Assembly (NCBI GenBank): GCA_028715785.1 | Contig: JAQURC010000001.1 | Location: forward strand, 12,766-76,765 | From: Candidatus Omnitrophota bacterium | Lineage (GTDB): Bacteria > Omnitrophota > Gorgyraeia > Gygaellales > Profunditerraquicolaceae | Length of the DNA: 64,000 nucleotides | Direction: 5' to 3' | Shown: positions 57,416-64,000 of the stretch, piece after piece | Layout of the letters: every line of letters starts with the position of its first letter | Numbering within the stretch: the first letter of the stretch is position 1 | Translations under genes and position numbers: made by a program | The notes under the pieces: generated by a model | Told to the model about the DNA's origin: nothing | What the model saw: the letters and a program-made list of their open reading frames with translations, nothing else | Databases searched by the model: none

Positions 57416-58805
57416 AAAATTTTTAATCTTTTTACTGTTCTTATCGCTTAGCGGCTGCGTTACGGTTAAAAAACCTGATTTAGCCCGTTGGAAGGCCCTG
57501 CCGGCATTAGAATCGTTTAAAAAAGATGAACGGATTTTAATTTTGGCTCCGCATCCCGATGATGAAGCAATCGCCTGCGCCGGGGTCATTCAAGAGGCGC
57601 TTAGTTCCGGGGCTAAAGTGAAAGTGGCCTATTTGACCAACGGCGACCATAATGAACTGGCATTTATCGTTTATGAAAAAAGAATAACCGTCCGCCAGGG
57701 CGAATTTATCCATATGGGGCAGGTGCGCCGGAAAGAAGCCGTGAAAGCAATGGAATCTTTAGGGCTTTCTGAAAATGACCTGGTTTTTTTAGGATACCCC
57801 GATTTTGGCACCTTTGAAATCTTTTGCAATTATTGGCGCACCCAACGGCCCTTTCGTGACCGCCTGACCCGCATATCCTATGTTCCTTACAAAAACAACC
57901 CTTCTTATGGGGCGCCATATTACGGAGAAAGCATTTTAAACGACCTGGTTAACCAGATTTTAGATTTTAAACCCGATAAAATATTTGTTTCACATCCTTT
58001 CGATGTTAATGTCGACCATAAGTCATTATATCTGTTTCTTCAAGTGGTTTTGAGCGATTTAGAGGGCAAGGTCCCTAAGCCTAAAGTTTACCCCTACCTT
58101 GTGCACTGCGTCGGCTGGCCCAAGCCGCGGCATTACCATCCGGAACTGGAGCTATATCCGCCGGATAAATTCATCGGTTCCAAGATTAATTGGCAGCGTT
58201 TCAATTTGAGTTTTAAGCAATTGGATAAGAAACATGAGTCGGTCCTCTTTTATAAAAGCCAGACCCAATCCAGCGCTTTTTATTTATTGTCTTTTGCCAG
58301 GGAAAATGAGCTTTTCGGCGATTATCCGGCCCTTGAGCTGGCCCCAAAACCAAAAGACAGCCTAATTTCTTATCTGGGCGCTTCAAAAATATTCAGCGCC
58401 CCGCAGTATGCGCAGGATTCACGGGATTCTGATGCGGCAGAAGATAAGGGGCTTGTCAGCTACGCGCAGGAAAATAATTATTTTATCATCCGCCTGGATA
58501 CGCCTAAACAGCCTGGCAGCAGGCTCAAGGTAATGTTTTATATCTTTGGATATGCCAAGGACACCGCTTTTGCCCGGATGCCCAAGATACGCATTATTAC
58601 CGCGGGCAGGAAGTTTAAGGTATTTAGCGCCAAGGACAAAGTTGTCAATTCCGGAGTCCGCTTAGATTTCGGCAAGGACTATTTAATTTTAAGAGTCCCG
58701 CTTAAACTTTTAGGAGGGCCGGATTACCTGCTTACATCGCTTAAGGTTTACCATGGCAATTTACCCGTTGATGCCATAGGTTACCGTAAAATAAAAATTA
58801 AATAG
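57405..58805 (+). CDS. PIG-L/LmbE-family N-acetylglucosaminyl deacetylase-like lipoprotein with extra C-terminal domain
   Basis: Lipobox LSLSGC. ILILAPHPDDEAIACAG and HxxH-type motifs of the PIG-L family. Confidence 0.6.
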   Translation: MRNRKFLIFLLFLSLSGCVTVKKPDLARWKALPALESFKKDERILILAPHPDDEAIACAGVIQEALSSGAKVKVAYLTNGDHNELAFIVYEKRITVRQGEFIHMGQVRRKEAVKAMESLGLSENDLVFLGYPDFGTFEIFCNYWRTQRPFRDRLTRISYVPYKNNPSYGAPYYGESILNDLVNQILDFKPDKIFVSHPFDVNVDHKSLYLFLQVVLSDLEGKVPKPKVYPYLVHCVGWPKPRHYHPELELYPPDKFIGSKINWQRFNLSFKQLDKKHESVLFYKSQTQSSAFYLLSFARENELFGDYPALELAPKPKDSLISYLGASKIFSAPQYAQDSRDSDAAEDKGLVSYAQENNYFIIRLDTPKQPGSRLKVMFYIFGYAKDTAFARMPKIRIITAGRKFKVFSAKDKVVNSGVRLDFGKDYLILRVPLKLLGGPDYLLTSLKVYHGNLPVDAIGYRKIKIK

Positions 58806-58816
58806 GGGGAGGGTAT

Positions 58817-59302
58817 ATGTTGGAGTTGAAGCTAATAAAGATAGAGAAGCCGCTTGAGCTGAATTTTATTTTAGGCCAGGGGCATTTCATCAAAATAGTA
58901 GAGGACCTTTATGAGGCTTTAGTTAATAGCGCTCCGGGGATAAAATTCGGCCTGGCATTTACCGAAGCTTCAGGGGCGTGTAAAATAAGATGCGAAGGCA
59001 ACGATACTGCCCTTAAAGAGTTAGCCTGCAAAAATGCGCTGGAGCTGGCAAGCGGGCACAGTTTCATTATTTTCTTAAAAGACGCCTATCCGATCAATGT
59101 GTTAAATGCCATAAAGAACATCCCCGAAGTATGCAGCATATATTGCGCTACCGCTAACTCTGTAGAAGTAATTGTCGCAGAAAACCAAACCGGCCGGGGA
59201 ATATTAGGGGTAATTGACGGCCTAAGCCCTAAGGGCATAGAGGATGGTTCAGATGTCGCCTGGCGCAAGGGGCTGTTGCGTAAAATCGGCTATAAACTTT
59301 AA
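58817..59302 (+). CDS. Conserved hypothetical protein resembling the 'adenosine-specific kinase' (PF04008) family
   Basis: 161 aa. IIGQGHFIKIVEDLYEALV...GIKFGLAFTEASG...NVLNAIKNIPEVCSIYCATAN...GRGILGVIDG pattern recalled from that family. No search was run. Confidence 0.4.
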   Translation: MLELKLIKIEKPLELNFILGQGHFIKIVEDLYEALVNSAPGIKFGLAFTEASGACKIRCEGNDTALKELACKNALELASGHSFIIFLKDAYPINVLNAIKNIPEVCSIYCATANSVEVIVAENQTGRGILGVIDGLSPKGIEDGSDVAWRKGLLRKIGYKL

Positions 59303-59325
59303 CCGGGCCCGGAGCGGATTTATTA

Positions 59326-59353
59326 TTGAAATTCAAAAGCAGTTTGCTATAAT
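59326..59353 (+). promoter_or_regulatory. Sigma70-like promoter (TTGAAA-N16-TATAAT) 13 nt upstream of the lpxL-like ATG (leaderless-type)
   Basis: Consensus -10. No SD before the ATG at 59367. Confidence 0.45.
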
Positions 59354-59366
59354 TTGACTAAATTAT

Positions 59367-60278
59367 ATGGATACTAAAAAACTCCGTAAAAGCGCCGGCC
59401 GTTTTGCGGCATGGCTGGGATTGAATATATGTTCTTTGATCGTTAAGGTTATCCCTGCCGCCTGGCTTTATGTTTTTGCCAAGAACATTGCTATGCTGGC
59501 TTATGTTTTTGCGAAAAAACAAAGAAAGATCGCTTTGGACAGCCTGACTATCGCCTTCGGCAAGGAGAAATCCCGCCGGGAAATCGAAGAAATAGCCAGG
59601 AATTGTTTTATCTATATGGCCAAGAGCGCCGTTGAGCTGATGTTCTTTTTTGACAAGCCCCGGGCTTTAAGGGAAATGATAGAAATCCAGGGCCGCCAAA
59701 ATCTGGATAAGGCATTGGCCGGCGGCCGGGGCGCGATTTTAGTCAGCGCGCATTTTGGCAATTTCCCGCTTCTTTTAGGCAGGCTGGCATTGGAAGGATA
59801 TAAAGCCGGCGGAATTATGCGGCCGATGCGCGATAGCAGGGTAGAAAAGATTTTCCTGGAGAAAAGGGATAAGTTTGGCGTAAAGACAATTTACAGCCAG
59901 CCGCGCAATGAATGCGTGAATAACACAATTGCCGCTTTGCGCAATAATGAACTGGTTTTTATCCCCATTGACCAGAATTTTGGGACAGGGGGAGTGTTCG
60001 TGAATTTTTTTGGGGAGAAAGCGGCAACCGCTACCGGCCCGGTAATTTTTGCGCAGAGGACCAAAGCCGCCCTTATCCCGTGTTTTATCCTCAGGCAGCC
60101 TGATGACAGGCACAAGATAATTTTTGAAACAGAGCTGGAATTAAAAGAAGGCAAGGACCCCCAGGACACCATCTTGATAAATATCCAGAGGCTCACCGAT
60201 GTTATCGAATCTTATATACGCAGGTATCCTGCGGAATGGGGCTGGATCCACCGCAGATGGAAAAGTAAACCCGGTTAA
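59367..60278 (+). CDS. Lipid A biosynthesis (Kdo2-lipid IVA) acyltransferase, LpxL/HtrB family
   Basis: N-terminal TM. ILVSAHFGNF (HX4D-like acyltransferase motif region). ~300 aa. Confidence 0.7.
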   Translation: MDTKKLRKSAGRFAAWLGLNICSLIVKVIPAAWLYVFAKNIAMLAYVFAKKQRKIALDSLTIAFGKEKSRREIEEIARNCFIYMAKSAVELMFFFDKPRALREMIEIQGRQNLDKALAGGRGAILVSAHFGNFPLLLGRLALEGYKAGGIMRPMRDSRVEKIFLEKRDKFGVKTIYSQPRNECVNNTIAALRNNELVFIPIDQNFGTGGVFVNFFGEKAATATGPVIFAQRTKAALIPCFILRQPDDRHKIIFETELELKEGKDPQDTILINIQRLTDVIESYIRRYPAEWGWIHRRWKSKPG

Positions 60279-60294
60279 AAAAGGAGGAGTTAAA

Positions 60295-60519
60295 ATGGCG
60301 CAAGAAGAGAAAAAATGTTGTGGTTCAGGGGAGAGCTGTTGTGATCCTAAAAAAATGCTTTCAACGCTGCTTAAGGTCATTTTAGGCTTGGTGTTTTTAG
60401 TTTTAGGAGGCCTGGCAATTTATAAATTCTGGCCGGATCTTCTTACGATTATTAGGGGCGGGGTGGGTTTATTCCTGCTTTTAGCCGGTGTAATTACTTT
60501 GGCCATAGCCAAGGAGTGA
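60295..60519 (+). CDS. Small membrane protein with N-terminal Cys-rich motif (CCGSGESCCD) and two TM helices
   Basis: ATG at 60295 after AAAGGAGGAG. The ORF-track frame starts earlier inside lpxL. Confidence 0.4.
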   Translation: MAQEEKKCCGSGESCCDPKKMLSTLLKVILGLVFLVLGGLAIYKFWPDLLTIIRGGVGLFLLLAGVITLAIAKE

Positions 60520-60526
60520 AAATAAA

Positions 60527-60612
60527 AAGGGGACGTCTATTCTTTCTGTGCTTTGTAGCTGACGTTTAAACGTCAGCTACTCTGTGGATAAAAAATAGAA
60601 CGTCCCCTTTAT
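60527..60612. repeat. Nested palindrome: outer arms AAAGGGGACGT(T)CTATT enclosing 26-bp REP-like palindrome GTAGCTGACGTTTAAACGTCAGCTAC (copy 5, 60555-60580) plus TCTGTGGATAA flank
   Basis: Inner palindrome is covariant with copies 1-4. Outer arms share the GGGGACGT motif with the RAYT terminal IRs. Confidence 0.75.
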
Positions 60613-60615
60613 TAA

Positions 60616-62007
60616 ATGAAAAGCCAGATTTTTAAGCTGATCTCTTTGTTCCTCTTAGCCTTCTCCCTTGGCGCCTGCGCCAATTTTTCCGGGATGAACG
60701 CGCAGCAGTCCCTTTCCATCGGCATATTTTCCGCATCGATATTAGGCACTCTTTTCTTCTGGGATTTCCGACTCAGTTTTGCTTTTATCGGCACATCCAT
60801 ATTGTTGATGACCAAGACCATCGACCTGGAGCATGTCATTGAATTTTCATCGCTTGAGGTCATCCTTTTTCTGGTGGGGATGATGGTGATCATCGGGCTG
60901 CTTAAAGACTCGGGGGTTTTTGCCTGGATCGTCAGCCTCATTTTACGGATACCCAAATTGACCGGTAAAAGATTTGTTTTGTTTATTGCCCTCTTATCTG
61001 CCTTGCTTGCGTGCATGGTTGATGAAGTAACCTCGATCATTTTTATTGTGGCGGCGGTTCTGGAAATTTGCGATTATTTTGAGGTTAATCCCGTGCCTTT
61101 TGTGATCATCTCTGTTTTGGCTACCAATATCGGATCTGCGGCTACGGTTTTGGGAAACCCTATCGGCATACTTATTGCTTCAAAATCCGGCCTGACCTTC
61201 GAAGACTTTATCGCCAAAGCTTTCCCCCTGGTTTTATTTTGTTTGGCCGCCGCTATTTTTATCCTTTTGTTTTGGTACAGGAAATCCATAAAGTTCCTTG
61301 ACGGGCAGATGAAAAGCCTGGGGGCCAATGAAATATTGATCAGGTTGATTTCCGTGCCGCCGGAAAGAAACCTTAAAATAAGCCTGGGGATATTCGGGGC
61401 AATGCTTATTTTCATCTCTTTGCACCACCGCATGGAAATCGCCTGGGGCCTGCCGCCAAATACCGTTTTACTGGTCGTGCCCCTGGTTGCCAGCGGCCTG
61501 GTAATGATCTGGAAGCATCATCGGGCCAGGAAGTTTATCGAAAAGGACGTGGAGTGGTGGACCCTGCTTTTTTTCCTGCTCTTATTCGTGCAGGCAGGGA
61601 CATTAAAATATACCGGGGCAACTGTTTTTATCGCCAAGCAGATGCTTTCGGCAACCGGGAATAATTTGAACTTTTTGATTTCTTCCATGCTCTGGGTAAG
61701 CACAATCGGCTCAAGCGTCCTGGATAACGTGGTCCTGGTGGCAGCTTTTATCCCTGTGGTGCAGGGGTTTCAGAGTTTGAATATGAACCTGCAGCCGTTA
61801 TGGTGGGCTTTGCTTTTTGGCGGCTGCCTGGGAGGCAATATCACCCTTGTCGGCTCTACCGCAAATATCGTGGCCATCGGTATTGTTGAAAAGGAAAAAC
61901 GGATCAAGATAAGTTTTCTTACCTGGTTTTGGATCGGGTTATTGGTGGGTCTGGCGACTACTTTGATTGTTATGGCGGCGCTTATTTTCCTGCCGTTTTA
62001 CAGATAG
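60616..62007 (+). CDS. ArsB/NhaD-superfamily ion transporter (Na+/H+ antiporter NhaD or anion permease-like)
   Basis: 463 aa with ~12 TM segments. Internal duplication pattern. GNPIGILIA and GGNITLVGSTANIVA motifs. Confidence 0.65.
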   Translation: MKSQIFKLISLFLLAFSLGACANFSGMNAQQSLSIGIFSASILGTLFFWDFRLSFAFIGTSILLMTKTIDLEHVIEFSSLEVILFLVGMMVIIGLLKDSGVFAWIVSLILRIPKLTGKRFVLFIALLSALLACMVDEVTSIIFIVAAVLEICDYFEVNPVPFVIISVLATNIGSAATVLGNPIGILIASKSGLTFEDFIAKAFPLVLFCLAAAIFILLFWYRKSIKFLDGQMKSLGANEILIRLISVPPERNLKISLGIFGAMLIFISLHHRMEIAWGLPPNTVLLVVPLVASGLVMIWKHHRARKFIEKDVEWWTLLFFLLLFVQAGTLKYTGATVFIAKQMLSATGNNLNFLISSMLWVSTIGSSVLDNVVLVAAFIPVVQGFQSLNMNLQPLWWALLFGGCLGGNITLVGSTANIVAIGIVEKEKRIKISFLTWFWIGLLVGLATTLIVMAALIFLPFYR

Positions 62008-62063
62008 CTTGACAAATAAAAAAATATATGATAATTTATACCCAATCTTAAAAGGAGGCTGCG

Positions 62064-62588
62064 ATGGATTTAAAAAAATTTGCGCTTTTGTCCGGCTTTA
62101 TTATCTTAGTTACGGTTACTACGTTTATCGCCTTTGCAGAGGAGCCTGTTGCGGCTCCGGAAGCTCCTGCGGCGGCTCCGGTTGAGCAAACGGCTGCGCC
62201 CAAGGGTGAAAATGAAACACAGTGGGCCTGGGGCGAGGTAACCAATTTAGACGCGCAGGCAAAAACGCTTACCTTAAAGTGCCTGGATTATGAAACTGAT
62301 CAGGAGAAAAACATTGTTTTGACCGTCGATGAAAAGACGGGTTTTGAAAATATTAAAAGTTTCGATGAAATAAAGATAAATGACACTTTAAGCATAGACT
62401 ATACGGTTGGCTCCGACGGTAAGAATATCGCCAAGAACATCAATTTTGAGAAACCGGATTCCTCCCCTGCTGCTCCTGCTTCGGCTGTAGAAGCGCAGCC
62501 GGCGAGCCAACCGGTAGAAGCCGCCGGCTCATCCGCACCGGCAGCGCCACCAGCACCGGCTGTCCAAGAGTCCCAGGTTCAGCAATAA
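62064..62588 (+). CDS. Secreted protein with Pro/Ala-rich linkers, function unknown
   Basis: Signal peptide. AAPEAPAAAPVEQ and PAAPASAVEAQPAS low-complexity segments flank a ~90-aa globular domain. Confidence 0.4.
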   Translation: MDLKKFALLSGFIILVTVTTFIAFAEEPVAAPEAPAAAPVEQTAAPKGENETQWAWGEVTNLDAQAKTLTLKCLDYETDQEKNIVLTVDEKTGFENIKSFDEIKINDTLSIDYTVGSDGKNIAKNINFEKPDSSPAAPASAVEAQPASQPVEAAGSSAPAAPPAPAVQESQVQQ

Positions 62589-62704
62589 TTTTCGGCTAGC
62601 GTTTGCCCTTGGCGGAGTTTTGCCGGATAAAAACTTAAAAGGTGTTCAAAGGCAGGGCCTTAAAACCCTGCCTTAAGTTTTTCTATTACAGAATCCAATT
62701 TATT

Positions 62705-63343
62705 ATGCAAGATATAAAACTGATTATTTTTGATTTAGACGGCACCCTGGTGGATGCTTACGCGGCGATAAACAGCAGCTTTAATTATGTGCTGCGCAAA
62801 TTGGGGCTAAAACCGCAAAGAGCAGATGTCATCCGGCGTTCTGTGGGCTGGGGAGACCTGAATTTACTTAAGCCGTATGTTCCCGGCAGTGACCTGAAGC
62901 GGGCTTTGAGGCTATACCGCAGACATCATAAACATAGCCTGCTTGAGCATGCGCATCTCTATCCCCATGCCAGGCCTCTTTTGCGCCGTCTTAAAGCAGA
63001 AGGCTATAAATTGGCGGTAGCCAGTAATCGGCCAACCGAATTTTCCCTTATCTTATTAAGGCATCTGCGGCTGATAGAGCTGTTTGATTATGTGCTTTGT
63101 GCCGATAAATTAAGACACGGGAAGCCCAATCCGGAAATATTAAATAAAATAATCAAGCGTTTTTCTTTTAAAAAAGCGCAGGTTTTATATGTAGGAGATA
63201 TGGCCATCGATGCGCAGGCCGGCAGGCGCGCCAAGGTTAAAACAATAATTGTTACCGGGGGCTCCAGCAGCAACCTTGAGATTAAAAAAGAGAAGCCGTT
63301 TAAGGTTATTTCTAGAATCGACAGGCTTCCGGCATTACTTTGA
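62705..63343 (+). CDS. HAD-superfamily hydrolase (phosphoglycolate phosphatase-like)
   Basis: LIIFDLDGTLVD motif I. VASNRP motif II. YVGDMAIDAQAG motif III/IV. ATG at 62705. Confidence 0.75.
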   Translation: MQDIKLIIFDLDGTLVDAYAAINSSFNYVLRKLGLKPQRADVIRRSVGWGDLNLLKPYVPGSDLKRALRLYRRHHKHSLLEHAHLYPHARPLLRRLKAEGYKLAVASNRPTEFSLILLRHLRLIELFDYVLCADKLRHGKPNPEILNKIIKRFSFKKAQVLYVGDMAIDAQAGRRAKVKTIIVTGGSSSNLEIKKEKPFKVISRIDRLPALL

Positions 63344-63450
63344 TTTGGGTGACGAGCCTTGGCTTTGGCAGGACCCGTTAAGCTTAAGTTATCCGTATAA
63401 TTAGTTTCCCTTGACAGTCAGGTTAATCGGTAATATTATAAAAAATAAGC

Positions 63451-64000
63451 ATGAAAAAAAGTTTCCAATTACTTGGATGCGCGGTTACGCTGTTGTTTCT
63501 GGCAGGGTGTTTTTCGACAAAAGCGCATTCCGTGTTAGACAAATCTTTGATGGGCCAGCCGCTTAGCCCATACGCCGGAGCCCGCGCCAAAATCGCGGTT
63601 AACGATTTTGAGTTAAAAACCTCCGGGATAGACGCGCAGACCGGTTTGGCCGTAAAGGATTATTTTATTAGTATCCTAAATACTACCAAGCGTTTTACGG
63701 TCGTTGCCCCGCAAGAGGCGGATCTAGTTATCAGCGTCGGAATTATTGAGTTCATACCGGAGAGCTCCGGAGGAAAATCCGGTTTAGCCGGAGGCGGAAG
63801 CAGCGCCAGTAGTTTTATGGGGGGCCTGTTGGGGGAGGTTTTAAACAAAGCAAATATGCAACTGAGTTTGCGCATTATTGACCGGGCCAGCTCGACGGTA
63901 ATAAACAGCCGGGATATCCAAAGCCAGGCGGTGGAGAATCCCGGGAAGAAAATAAAGACTCCCCATGATAAGGTTTTTAAGGCGGGCTTAAGCGAATACG
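63451..64000 (+). CDS. Lipoprotein, CsgG-like fold suspected (3' end outside window)
   Basis: Lipobox FLAGC. KIAVNDFELKTSG...KRFTVVAPQEAD pattern. Open to the window end. Confidence 0.35.
   Translation, partial: MKKSFQLLGCAVTLLFLAGCFSTKAHSVLDKSLMGQPLSPYAGARAKIAVNDFELKTSGIDAQTGLAVKDYFISILNTTKRFTVVAPQEADLVISVGIIEFIPESSGGKSGLAGGGSSASSFMGGLLGEVLNKANMQLSLRIIDRASSTVINSRDIQSQAVENPGKKIKTPHDKVFKAGLSEY

Overview
This 64 kb window looks like chromosomal DNA from a diderm bacterium, probably an uncultured lineage. Evidence for the diderm envelope is Lnt, LptE, BamD, an LpxL-like acyltransferase, MurJ and a TPR-beta-barrel outer-membrane protein. Background is AT-rich (~42-45% GC), with near-total + strand coding bias; only rpsT, one response regulator and tRNA-Leu are on the - strand. 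Gene content from start to end: the 3' end of atpD, followed directly by a T2SS/type IV pilus-like operon (gspE/pilB, gspF/pilC, pilM-N fusion, pilO-like, pseudopilins G/I/J/K). Next comes a compact type II PKS-like locus: KS, a catalytically dead KS partner, class B radical SAM, ACP, two cyclase-family proteins and an SDR. It is preceded by a PanE-like reductase, a tandem TIGR04076 protein and a PCP_red-like protein. Then crcB-DUF190, a DHAP-shunt-like methionine-salvage set (DeoD-type phosphorylase, mtnA, class II aldolase-SCP2 fusion, ALDH, acyl-CoA ligase), rlmN, GDSL lipoprotein, feoAB, a secreted heptad-repeat protein, tRNA-Leu(CAA)/tRNA-Ala(GGC), nfo and leuS. After leuS sits a REP-associated tyrosine transposase (RAYT) with flanking inverted repeats, then a CheY-like regulator, comEA/comEC, and an exopolysaccharide locus (TPR-porin, GT2 synthase, GH26, stand-alone PilZ). 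The window ends with bamD, lptE, holA, rpsT, murJ, a short uvrC, a PEGA protein, a membrane GT2, pilT, prfB with its programmed +1 frameshift, secA, lnt, a PIG-L deacetylase, an LpxL-like acyltransferase, an ArsB/NhaD permease and a HAD hydrolase. Three repeat families overlay the genes. Five 26-bp perfect palindromes centred on TTTAAA have compensatory arm changes. Four MITE-like elements have TGTCATTGCGAG termini and donate start or stop codons to neighbouring genes. A ~50-nt two-hairpin element sits immediately upstream of the start codons of acp, rpsT, pilT and prfB. No CRISPR arrays or rRNA genes were seen. All calls are from reading the sequence and ORF translations by eye; no database searches were run.
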